Assembly (NCBI RefSeq): GCF_964355755.1
Contig: NC_092678.1
Span: 17,155,881-17,219,880, forward strand
DNA: 64,000 bases
Direction of reading: 5' to 3'
From: Antedon mediterranea
Lineage: Eukaryota; Animalia; Echinodermata
The translations under genes and the position numbers were made by a program. A model generated the notes under the pieces. It was not told where the DNA came from. It saw only the letters and a list, made by a program, of their open reading frames with translations, and ran no database searches. Below, in pieces: positions 52,601 through 64,000 of the stretch. Within the stretch, counting starts at the first letter, position 1. Each line of letters opens with the position of its first letter.

Positions 52601-55571
52601 TAACTAACATAGTACAGTATAAGTCAAATAAATTTTTTAATTTTTTTTTTATTGCTGCCTCAAAAAATATTATATAATAGTAACAATATCAGAAAGGTAG
52701 ATAGGTATTGTAATAAATTTTAAATTTAAAAATGTTTAAAAAATTATGAATATATGTTTATACATACATTATAAATGAAATATATTAACTACTATTTTAG
52801 TAATGCATACACAAGTACAGAATATCAGAAATCAATGAATCATGTGTCTAAATGTGGCATTATTAGGCTAATTTGCTTTGAGAAAAACATTGATGCCATT
52901 GGCCTATACAAAAATCAAGGCAATTAGACCAAATATTGACATAAACAATTAATACTAATATTGGTAGGCATAAAATAATAGTGTATATAAACTTTCCTTA
53001 AATAATAACAGTATAGGGCCTTACCAATTTATTTAATACATAATATATGAACTATATTACACAAAAAAAGTATAAATGAATTTATAAGGACATGATGATT
53101 ATCAAAAATAGTCAATATAATTAAATTTTAAACTCATTACCGGCATTATAAATAATATTTTAAAAAGATAAGAATGCAAGTAAATATCAGATTCATAGTC
53201 CTCATTATACACAATGATTTCCTACTATCACATATTAAAATATAAAACAATCATGTAGCCTTTAATGACCTTACATGGAGGTGTATTCAAATAAATTTAA
53301 ATAAAAGGGTCATAATATGTCTTCGTCTCCAGTTCGTGGAAATTGAAGTTAGGATTCCATCATTTCAACAACAAAAAATATTCAAAATATCCTGTCAGTT
53401 TGCGTTCAAGACCTGCAACCTGCTTAGTTTTTAATACGAGTACTGCTTTCTATACACATAACTTTGATTTCTGCAACAAAAAAAAACAAACTCTGTAATA
53501 ATGTACTTTAATTACTGTAATAATCTAGGTATAGATTATGTTAACCGGGCCAGTGAGAGGGCGATCGACTGTACTACCATAAGTCCTCTAGTAGTGTATA
53601 CAACTTATTTCTTGTCTACAAAGTGTATAGTAGTATGCTAATAGTACTATTATTAGATTAGGTAGTTTGGGAGTAGTTTGGAGAGATACATTTATTTATA
53701 AAAGAGTACTGTATATATGGAACTATCTGTGTTAGCCGCCTTTGTATTTTTAGATATAATACCAATAGGTACTATGTATTGGGAAACAATTCAACAGTTA
53801 TGAATAAAAAAAGTCCTATGTACTCTGTATGTTGGAGGAAATAAGCATAAGAGCAAAGAAAGCCTTGACCACAGGGTGTAAGTCACTATTTTGAATCAGT
53901 AGTATGACTTCTTAAGAAGTAATTTAAAAATTATCATTGTATGATCAAAAAGAAATATTATAATATCTAACTTTCTCCATTATATAAATATATTATTTTA
54001 TCCAAGGGGTTGCAAACACAAGTGTTCACATGTCTTGTTATTGCACCTTTGTCCTGTCTTTATGTTGTCTGTAATGTCACTGCACTAACGGGTGACCGGT
54101 AAACGAGCTTCGCTCTTACGGTTATCCATCCATATAAGTTGTTCATCTCTTATGTTCAGAAATTGAAATGGTAAATAAACTGAAACTGTGCTTATGTGGT
54201 ACAGGTTTACGAGCCAGGAATGATGGTAGTGCCAGTATACCGTGTAGTTTAGCCTCAAGGCAATACCATGTACCGTAGCTGGAGTAGCTTGGACAAATAC
54301 AGTAGAGATTTATGAGACTTGGTGTGTGATGATTCAGTATGATAAATTTGTGCTGTGAAAGACAAAATTGTAAAATTGGGAAGAAAATATTGTAAAATAT
54401 AACAAGGAAATTATACTATAGTATAATTAAGGGGTAACCGTATAATACATAATTAATAGTAATAAAGGCAATGGCAATTACTTATATTATGTATACATTA
54501 CAATATTACAAATAAATTCATATATTATTTTATTATAAGGAAATCTGTTTTAGAATGAGAAAAAGCCGTCCCAACACAGATTTGAACCCAGCTATCAATA
54601 AAGCTATAAAACAAAATAGACCATATTGTAGCCGGACTGGGTAGCGTATACTTACTTGAGGCCTAGGCATAGTACGATTAGCTAGAAGGATACAGGTCAA
54701 CCCGTACCCATGCCATGCCAACATGCTCGTACCCAAAATTTGGTTTACATATATCCAACATTTTGGCTTACTCGTACCCATCATGGGCTGCCTAGTAGTA
54801 GTAGTAGTAGTAGCCTAGCCTAAGACAGCAGGCCCAGCCCTAGCCTACTACAACTTAAGTCTAGGCCTAGCCTAGTACTAGTAGGCCTCTCTAGGCCTAG
54901 CCTAGGCCCTAGTAGTTAACATCATACATACGCCCTAGAGCCTATAAGTAGTAGCTACCTACTACTCACTAGCTAGGCCTAGGTAGTAGCAGTAGTAGTT
55001 ATTGTAGTAGTATTATTGTATTGTAGTATTAGTTGTAGCTGTCCGGTGATCCTTGGTCACTTGTCTAGATCCCCTAGTAGGCCTAGGCTAGGCCTAGTAC
55101 GTAGTTATTCTTCAACAGTCACACAATTCAGATTCTGCCGGCCGCTGATTGCTAGTGAACAGGGGGAGGGAGAGAAAGAGTTAGAAGAACTGAAATAAGC
55201 CGTGACGTATAATAAACATCATACAAAATAATAATATAACTAACGAATCCGTATAATATAATAATGTTGTATGTTATAAAGTAAAGTAAATGCGTTTAAT
55301 ATAATACAATTATATTATAATATAATGTATTTTATTAATAATATAATATTAAATGTTCATAATATAATGCTAAAACCAAATAATATAATACAAAAAGTCA
55401 ATAATTTGTTACATTTTTCACATAATATATTAGAAATAGATATAATATAATGCTAAAACCAAGTAATATAATGCAAAACGTATAATTCATTCCAATACAA
55501 TATATAATATAATAAAAAAATGATATAATAATATAATATTTTGAATACTTCAGACAGCTGAGGCTTGCCAT

Positions 55572-56270
55572 AAACATCAATTGAAATATATACTACATTT
55601 TATCTACAGTACCAAATCTTACATAAAACTAATACAATCCACCAAACTACATCGATGAATGTATAGGTTATATTAATGAAATAAGCCAACATCAATTGAA
55701 ATATAACAACATCGTATCTACCAAATCTTACATAAAACTAATACAATCCACCAAACTACATCGATGAATGTATAGGTTATATTAATGAAATAAGCCAACA
55801 TCAATTGAAATATAACAACATCGTATCTACCAAATCTTACATAAAACTAATACAATCCACCAAACTACATCGATGAATGTATAGGTTATATTAATGAAAT
55901 AAGCCAACATCAATTGAAATATAACAACATCGTATCTACCAAATCTTACATAAAACTAATACAATCCACCAAACTACATCGATAAATGTATAGGTTATAT
56001 TAATGAAATAAACATCAATTCTTACATAAAACTAATACAATCCACCAAACTACATCGATAAATGTATAGGTTATATTAATTTAAAAAGCCAACATCAATT
56101 TACACAAAACTCAATCTTATCAACCAAATCTTACATAAAACTAACACAATCCACCGAACTACTGTAAATCGATAAATGTAAATGGTTATGTTAATGAAAA
56201 AGCCAACATATACACAGAAATAAAACCACATCTTATCTACCAAATCCACCCAACTACACTGTAAATCAAT
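55572..56270. repeat. Minisatellite (109-bp unit), right block
   Basis: CCAAATCTTACATAAAACT recurs at 55612, 55721, 55830 and 55939, then degrades. Confidence 0.9.
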
Positions 56271-56272
56271 AA

Positions 56273-57103
56273 AGCCCCTTTCTCACAGAGTTGTGTGCCA
56301 GGAATATTGCGGGAATATACCATTACCATGCCGGTATGGTTTTCTGTGAGAACGGGTCGTCTTGGCATCATGCCGGCACCATGCCGGCATCGACATGACC
56401 TGCTTTAGACCTAGTAATATTCTAGGGATATTCCCCGCAATGCCAGACGGGCATTCTGTGAGAACGTATTGCCGTTATATTCCGGGGTTCCCCCCGTCGA
56501 GGCTTTGACACCTTGCGCAGTCAAGTGTATCACTTTGGCGCCTATTCAATTCAATTAACAATAATAATGTCGAACTGGAGGGATAATGAGATAAGAGAGC
56601 TGCTTAAAATAAGGGGACAAGAAGAAATTTGTAGCATAATCTATATAGGCCGCTAGGGTAGGCCAGCATTAGCTCTTTGTTTGTTGGTGCCTGACCTTTC
56701 GTCGCCTTGTAAATTGTAGGCCTACAGCCTTCTAAGGTGTTTTACAGATTGCCGATGACGGCAAATTAATTGCTATACCTGTATAATATATGCACAATAT
56801 ACTGTACATAGCATGTATTGCATAAATATGCTATAAAGGAAGATAATAATCTGTAACTTAACATTCGCCGCCATATCATCGCTAGACAAAAATAATAACA
56901 ATAAAGGGCGCCCTCAATAATTATTTTGTCAGAGACTTTTTATTGGCCGAATATGCCCGACTCCTTTCTCACAGAAAGCCGGTATATACCGGTTATATTT
57001 CCGGCACGATAGTCCGATGAGAATGGGTATATGCCGGTAACGATACCGGCACGACGCCAGCACTGTACCGGTATATTGCAGGCACATCTGTGAGAAAGGG
57101 GCT
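56273..57103. mobile_element. PIF/Harbinger-type MITE
   Basis: TIRs AGCCCCTTTCTCACAGA...TCTGTGAGAAAGGGGCT, TAA TSD (56270-56272, 57104-57106), and subterminal TGCCGG repeats. Confidence 0.85.
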
Positions 57104-58724
57104 TAAGTGTAACCGTATAACTTTAAAGGCCAGGTGTGGGAAAAACAGTTCTATTGATCATACATTCCAATAATTATCGATCTATAGATTCCCCTGTTTT
57201 CATACTTTTTGGGATTTTATTTGTGTTACACAAGCGAGTTGAAAATAAGCACTTTCTTATCAGAATCTTTATTTGCAGATAGTTCTAGTTCATGACTTTT
57301 CCGTTACATAAGTCAGGCCTATAAATACAGTTAATTATTTCTCAAAATATAAAGTATGTTATTTATTTGTAGTAAGTCGGATGTATGTATGGATATACGG
57401 ATCGGATAGAAACAGAAATATGGAATTAAAGTCCGCAATATTGAATATTGTTTTTGTGCAGAATTACATGAAGTACCATTTGGAAAAAATAATTATTTTG
57501 GAATAAATTGATTGTTGAGATAATTAAGGGTTGTAAGGTCATTAATATATTGATATGAAAACACGATCATGCATTCCATTTTGCCAAAGTAGTAGACAAG
57601 AAATCCAAAATGCAATAAAAAAAAAATATTTAGAAAACAATAAACAATGAACACGATTACATTATTAGTCTTCGTCTGGAAATTTCAGAGGAAACCTTGT
57701 TTTTAATTTTTACAAGTTGTACACAAAGCCTTATCGACAAACAGTGTATTTCGGCGAAAATTACCATGGAAAGCAGAGCGTATGTCTGCCACTTCCGCTA
57801 ACCAGAAGCCGATAGCCAAGACGAAAGTATCCGTGGCCATCTTGGTTGTAACATTGTTAACGGAATATATGCTTTATCGCTTCTCAGTTCAGAAATCAGG
57901 AGCCATGGTCTGCAGAAGAAAAAAAACGTAAACACAATTATTAAAAATGGAAAGAAAATTAGGAATCATAATTTTTACCGATTTCTGTTGTTGTTTCCGA
58001 TAATCATAATGCGTTTCTGTTCAGAAACGGGGTAGTGGGATAATCCTTAGAAAATGATAGGCCTCGTTTGGGATTTGTACAATTGTCTACATGTTCACAT
58101 GCAAACAGGTAAGAGCCAAGCCGGACCTTCCCACTGAGCATTTACACGTCACGCGAAAAGATTTGCCCGAAGCTAGACACAGTTCTATCGATTTCGCGCG
58201 TTGCAAATTCACCGCTTTAACTGAAAATCCACTGACGTTCAACACAGGCATGTGAACGGTGAGAGGGAGGACAATTGACCTCCCAAAACTTAAATCATGG
58301 GATGACAAATAAAAATAGCATTTTAAAGAGATTTCTTTTCAATAACATATTCTTATAACTCCTTTCGCTCAGCAATACAAACATGATAATATAATAATAA
58401 CAGCCAGACCGAAACAATGCGCTTGTCACGAGAAAGGGATTCTGTAAAATGCTTCTGAATTTGTAAAACTTAATGGAATATGTATTTAAGAATGTCCTTT
58501 TACCCGTCACATTAATAACTGCTTAAAAAATATAAAAACTGAAAAAAACCACAATTTTTGATTGTCTATAATATACAGAGAATATATAGAGAACGTGTAA
58601 AGTGTACAGCAGAATGAAATAAATGACAAAAAAAGGAAGAATAAAATATTACTTAGTTTAGTGGATTGTCAGTGTTAAGGTAAGATAACACAGTGCTGTG
58701 TATTCATATACTACTGTACATTAC

Positions 58725-58878
58725 CGTAAAATCTTCAGTGCTTCTTGTCGAATCCATCGGACACATCAACTCTCGGAATTTTCCCTTTAATATTTCTTTA
58801 CATGCTGCAAGGGTAACTCTCGGCTCGCAGACTTCAATTTTATAAACAAGGCAGCAAATTCGGCGATGATCCGATTTC
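58725..58878 (-). CDS. Cys-rich LRR C-terminal/hinge exon of a second LRR gene (GRL101/LGR-like)
   Basis: aaaatag|G AAA TCG GAT... (phase 2) encodes (L)KSDHRRICCLVYKIEVCEPRVTLAACKEILKG, resembling the LxTDxxRFCC...CxP...SxCxxL hinge. The donor ACG|gtaatg is tentative; the frame could instead run to the stop at 58704. Confidence 0.6.
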
Positions 58879-59146
58879 CTATTTTTGAATAAAGAATGAA
58901 TAAATAAAAACATGATAGTTATTCACTTTGACCATGGATCAAGAAAAAATAATAATTTTCCTGAACAAACTGTAATTTATAGCCAAAAATTCAGATTGGC
59001 GTTTATGTTTTATAACTGAAATTATTTGTTTTTTTTCCTTATATTTTTAGTAGTAAACTTTATTAAAACTACAAATGACCTATTCATTTTTTATGTTTTT
59101 TTGTACAATACACATGTTGTCGAAATATCTTGCTATATCGACATAG

Positions 59147-59221
59147 TAATTCGATAATGCTGTCTTACCTGAATATACGTTCGTACTTTTAAGTCGATTA
59201 ATTTGATTAGATTTAAGTTAT
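59147..59221 (-). pseudogene. Decayed 75-nt LRR exon
   Basis: ag|A TAA CTT AAA TCT AAT CAA ATT...TTA TCG AAT TA|ctatgt reads *LKSNQINRLKSTNVYSGKTALSN, with an in-frame stop and a gtatgt-like donor changed to ctatgt. Confidence 0.55.
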
Positions 59222-59275
59222 CTTATATCTTATGCGAAATTCATGTTACGAATGAGAGTACGTTTATTGTAAATA

Positions 59276-59408
59276 CATAATATAAAAATAACGCTTAAAA
59301 GAGAACGACGTTTCGACTCCATCATGGGGTCATTATCAAGTCCATTGATAATGACCCCATGATGGAGTCGAAACGTCGTTCTCTTTTAAGCGTTATTTTT
59401 ATATTATG
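59276..59408. repeat. Perfect 64-bp inverted repeat with 5-nt loop; Penelope-like inverted terminal fragment
   Basis: Arms 59276-59339 and 59345-59408 are exact reverse complements. Each carries TTGATAA-stem-GAAACGTC (variant hammerhead core). GAAATTCATGTT is directly repeated at 59236-59247 and 59408-59419. Confidence 0.85.
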
Positions 59409-59580
59409 AAATTCATGTTTTTAAGTTAATTTGATTAAAGTATGTGACCATCGGATCAATAATCAATACCAATGTAAACTTTACACCGACGTGTAGGTTC
59501 TGTTTTTTTTTTATATTAATTGTATATATTGCACACTTTTGACGATGATCTTAGCTATAAAAAACCAGGTGAATACTTAC

Positions 59581-59652
59581 AATTCGTTTATGTTGATCAA
59601 GTTTTCAAAAGTACTATCTCTGTAATTTTTTAATTCGTTGCCTTGTATCAAA
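59581..59652 (-). CDS. LRR exon (72 nt, phase 2-2) of the second LRR gene
   Basis: ttttgcag|T TTG ATA CAA GGC AAC GAA TTA...GAA TT|gtaagt encodes LIQGNELKNYRDSTFENLININEL. Confidence 0.8.
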
Positions 59653-59754
59653 CTGCAAAAAAAAATATTTTAAAATAAAAATGAGTGAAAGATTCAGTGG
59701 TATTAGGTCATGAAGACATTTCTCATTCTTATGTCTTTAGTGGTTTACCCTGTA

Positions 59755-59900
59755 CGTTACTAACTTGGACGTAACGCACGGACGCTGTAAGTAAATTGAC
59801 AAATCACGACATAAAAATAGGTCATCCGAACTGTTTCTTGTGATTGGTCAACTCATTTGCGTTTTGCCTACGTCATTGCGTTGCGTCCAAGTGGACACCT
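59755..59900. mobile_element. Copy of the ~150-bp palindromic MITE family
   Basis: ACTTGGACGTAACGCA...GTGATTGGTCAACTC...TGCGTTGCGTCCAAGT. Confidence 0.55.
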
Positions 59901-60811
59901 AGATCTGAATTAGGCCCTACAGTAGTACATTTTATCCAGCAATTGAGTGTTTGCTACTCGGCAAGGTAAGGCATACTTCTTGTTTTCATTTTTTTCGTCT
60001 GTTCATTTTAGATATTATATCTAAGCCTATATATATTAATATTATAATTTAAGCTAATTTCATTACAAAACAGACATATTTAACTAAACGTTATGACGTC
60101 ATACTGTTATTTAAATATGCTAATAATTATACTTATAACATTTATATATATCCGTGCTATCACTTAGAATATATTATGAGGCTTCAAGTGGTAAATGGCG
60201 GTCATTTTGAATGTATGTTAATTAACCCAATTTCTTTTTGGTAAACTTCAGATATGATGTTCATTTGGACCATATAAAGCAATTTGTTCTAATGTTGACT
60301 TATCTTTACTGGACAAAGATACAATGACCTCATGGCAATGTTTTAAAGACGCCGTTGTGTGCCCATATGCGGGTTCATGTCTATGACCAGGGGACACTGT
60401 GTTAAATATTGCAAACATCATATTTGAAAAAGAAAGCAATGTTTAGTGAGAGAAAAGAAACTGCATGTGTTGTGTATTGCTTTTAGACATAAACAGGTAC
60501 CACAGTACGAGAATTGCAGGGTGTCCAACGGACGAGTACCATGTATGTATATCGAAAACAAAGCTATTATAAAATGTATTTTACAGACTATGTCTACGAC
60601 ACATAATCTGTTGTATGACAAGAATTAATGAATAAGTCCGATAATTGTACAGAGCATCAAACAACTACATGCAGATTATTAAACATTTTGACAAACATAG
60701 CGTTTCATACGTATGGTACGTGTACACACTATATAGAAAACATCGAAACGCGACAACAGAAAAAAAGACAATAACAGAGACTTGGGACAAGTCTATAGAG
60801 TATTAACTTAC

Positions 60812-60886
60812 AGTTTTGAAAGTGATGAAGCAAAAGCAGAAAATGCACCTTGATCTATGGTAGTTATATTGTTATAGTGTAAATAC
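60812..60886 (-). CDS. LRR exon (75 nt, phase 2-2) of the second LRR gene
   Basis: tttttgcag|G TAT TTA CAC TAT AAC AAT ATA...AAA CT|gtaagt encodes YLHYNNITTIDQGAFSAFASSLSKL. Confidence 0.85.
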
Positions 60887-62856
60887 CTGCAAAAATTGAA
60901 AAAAAAAGAAACACATTTCAAACGGATTGACTTAAAACAATATTAATAATAATACTGTGCAATAATACAATAAATAGATAACCACTACATTTGTCTGCTA
61001 TATTTCACAGTACAGTTATTTGTATTCAATATTTCAGTGGGCAATTTAGACTTCGTTTGGCACTCGAAACAATGTCAAATGAAAGGCAAGCTAATATTGC
61101 CATGAGGAGGTGCAAATCTGAGGGAGAGGGGAAAATATAATGTGCACAAACAGATATCACCTCACCTTTATTTATAAAACTTGAAAATCAGAAAAAAGGG
61201 GAGAAGGTAGTGTATTATTTGTGGTTGTTGCCAGATGCCTAAACTCTAGAAAATGATAAATTAAGTTTATCTTACGGACGGATAACGCTAATAATAACAT
61301 TTATTAATTCATAGTTATGCTTTATAGCTTTGTGAGGTTTTTTTTCGTGCACTTAGAAGAACTTATTTAAAGTGCATTTTAAGTATTGTTTTTCTTCTAA
61401 ATTATTTCAGTCATCACAATAGTTAATGTTTGTTTTATTTGGAGGTTCAGACTTAAACACAAAGTACAAATGTATATAGTGCACTATGCTGTGTGAAATA
61501 AAACTGAAACTGAATGTACGTACCACCACATTAGGTACGGTAACCGATGCGCCCTCATTATGACGTTTTTTATAAGAAAAAGATACAAACCATGTGTTGC
61601 GCGTGCGAATAAAGAACAAGTGCAGCTATTCCACCGTACGGAGGGAAAGATAACCAATGCCTCTCATAATAACATTATTTTTCATTTAATAATATTTACT
61701 AATAATGATAATAACAACTCGATTTTAACTCGTCACTATGAACGAGTTAGGTTATCCGCAGCGCAAACGCCACGTGCACGTCATACTTTAGAATATTGCG
61801 CACCCATCATGCCTACCCCCCCCCCCCCCTGGGGTGGGGCCTGAGGCGAAGCAAATTTTGTTAAATGACACCCCTAGATGGCCGGAAAAGACACTCTCAT
61901 GCAGCATGCTACCAATGAGCAAAACGATCGTACTTGGACTCGTGGACTATTTAAACGATAACATTTGTTGCCGTATGTTAGATGCGCGTGTTCTGTGCGG
62001 AACCGCCGATTGTTTGATCATTTACTCGATATTTTGTTTTGCGTTCAAGTTCAATGCGAACGTACGTCTAGGAGAAGCCCCGAAAAAAGCACACTGGGTG
62101 AAGGCAAATGCAATTCTTATTATAGCTCTATCTATAATATTTATCTACAGCAATTTGTTGAGGAAATTAAATATGCCAATGTAAATAGGTGATATTAATA
62201 CATTTGAGTACGTATCGGCTGTGGTCTAGAAAAAAATAATCGGATGCCATAATGTGAACTACAGTACATGATACCATAGATATTATAGTGTAAAATATTA
62301 ATATTCACTATAATCCTCTATGATACATTATACTTCATAGCCACACATAAATACTGATGATATGTCGGAAGGCTATATACTTTATGCATGCTGCCTGACT
62401 GCCAGTGATCTAAACAATTGGTACGCAGTTGTCTGGCGGTGTCCTTTGTACGAATCGTTCGTCCCCCAGCTCGCTGTGAGACGCGTCAATATCATGTTAC
62501 ATGCAGGGACCAAACATTTATTTTTCAACGTTAAAATCGGCAATTCATTTGCAACTCTTTACAGACTAATCGCTCGAAGTACGCTCATACAGGGAAGAAG
62601 GTACTGTATGAGTTATTCCGAACGAGTTTACAAATTTTTTAATTTACGAACAACTTTTTGTACTGTGGGGGCACGTATTTGGACGATTTTCGGAGATGAG
62701 GGTGAGGTATTGGGCATGTCGGGGATGGGGGCTCGCAGTCGGTTAAGGGGGTTCCGCTGTAAAGGGGGGGGGGATTCGCCCGAACCATAAAAACCCCCCC
62801 TGGCTACGGGCCTGTAAGTATATATAGTATACACTATATATCTGAATACGTACTAC

Positions 62857-63695
62857 AACCAGTGCAGAATAGGTGAAAATACCGGGACCCGCTTTGTCAT
62901 CCAATTTTTACCATGATGATGTCATCAACATGAAACACGTAGATAGCAATTTTGGAAAGAAATTATCTGAGCAACAACATATCGTGTTGAATAAATTTGG
63001 ATACGTAGAATACGGAAGCGCGCTCTTTTAAATGTCATGAACTATGACGCAAAATATGAAATTACGACTTTTATAATTGAACTGGCCATATGATGACGTC
63101 ACAACATCCGATTCGCATAATTTGTACATGATTTCCAGCTTCCAGAAAACGTTTTAATCATGTGTATCACTTTTTATTCTGAGGAGCTATAATAAATATA
63201 AATTTATTGGAACGCTTTTGAACATGATGAAATCATCACAATTTTAAAAATTGTAAATCATGCGAAAGATAATTGATTGACCTAGACAATATAAAAAAAT
63301 GGTGGGAAATGGAATATGGATAAGTGGAGATGCGTTCTATTAAATGTGAGGAGCTATGACAAAAGAGACAAACATCCTATATTTTATATTCGAGTGGCCA
63401 TACGATGACGTCACAATGTCTAGTTAGCCATATTGATACATGATCCGATATCAACAACTCATCTACTTCCAGAATATGTAAAAAAATAAACTTCACCATG
63501 TAGTTTAGAAACTATGACTGTTTAAAAAAAGGCATAATTATGACGATTTATTTTACTTTTTCAGCAAAAACGAGCGCAAATTGTCCAATTCGACGTGCTC
63601 GTATGACGTGTTTTAAGTCGAAATTGTTTGAAAGCTGGTAAAATTACTAGAAAATGCTAGAAAAACATAAATCACGCGAACAAAATAACATTTAC
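62857..63695. repeat. Interspersed repeat related to the HINE-like family
   Basis: 63590-63690 matches 42665-42755, and GACGTGCTCGTAT is shared with about 380. Repeated GATGACGTCACA motifs. Boundaries are approximate. Confidence 0.4.
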
Positions 63696-64000
63696 TAATA
63701 ATGATAATAATAATTATACGAATAGGAAAAAGGGTAAAAAATAAAATAATATGACAATAAGTGTGGTTATATTACAACGAAAATATACTATTTTCAAAAG
63801 TATTATAAACAAGTGAAACATTCGAACACATTTGCTGGTAATGTTGTTATTTGGTTATAGGACAACGATCTGAAAAGCGTGAAAAATGCAATAAATAAGT
63901 TTAGTTTTGGATGAATATTCTTTCTTTGCAAAGGATAAAAAATGAAATTATGTGACGACAATAAGTGTGGTTTTATTACAACGAAAATATACTATTTTCA

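Noticed and set aside
55572-56270. Regularly spaced repeats as a CRISPR-like array
   Set aside because: Whole 109-bp units are near-identical with no unique spacers and no cas genes, in a eukaryotic context. It is a minisatellite.
57123-58790. Kolobok-like element (TTAA|AGG...CCT|TTAA)
   Set aside because: The ends do not form a real TIR and the candidate right end lies inside the hinge exon. The region is probably TE-derived but cannot be delimited.
62362-62834. ORFs of 142 aa and 68 aa
   Set aside because: They overlap a GC-rich MITE-like end (CCCCCTGGCTACGGGCCTG) and show no domain signature or splice support.

Overview
AT-rich, intron- and transposon-dense eukaryotic DNA, most likely a marine invertebrate deuterostome such as an echinoderm (inferred from Deu-domain SINEs, Academ-like elements and GRL101-like LRR genes). 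Almost all short ORFs in the supplied track are spurious or TE fragments. Host genes, both on the minus strand and read by hand from splice sites: (1) signal peptide (31062-31158), CUB (29369-29710), LRRNT (21242-21377) and single-LRR 72-nt phase-2 exons (19905, 17162, 7193, plus a decayed copy at 11514), possibly continuing past the left edge; (2) the downstream part of a second LRR gene (exons at 60812, 59581, a dead exon at 59147, and a Cys-rich hinge exon at 58725) with no 7TM exon visible. The rest is nested mobile DNA: two Academ-like long-TIR elements with 3-bp TSDs, three families of non-autonomous Helitrons, DINE-1/HINE-like elements, a CACTA/EnSpm element carrying a spliced SAM-like pseudogene, a truncated Gypsy with one nonsense codon, L1/Tx1, L2/CR1-group and Rex/Babar LINE relics, Harbinger MITEs, Penelope-type hammerhead ribozyme relics and a 109-bp minisatellite. 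I found no convincing wholly new biological system. The best leads are the birth-and-death array of LRR exon cassettes, the shared GCGAAGC-capped Helitron terminator, and a circularly permuted tRNA-containing repeat. All family assignments come from motif recognition by eye, not database searches.
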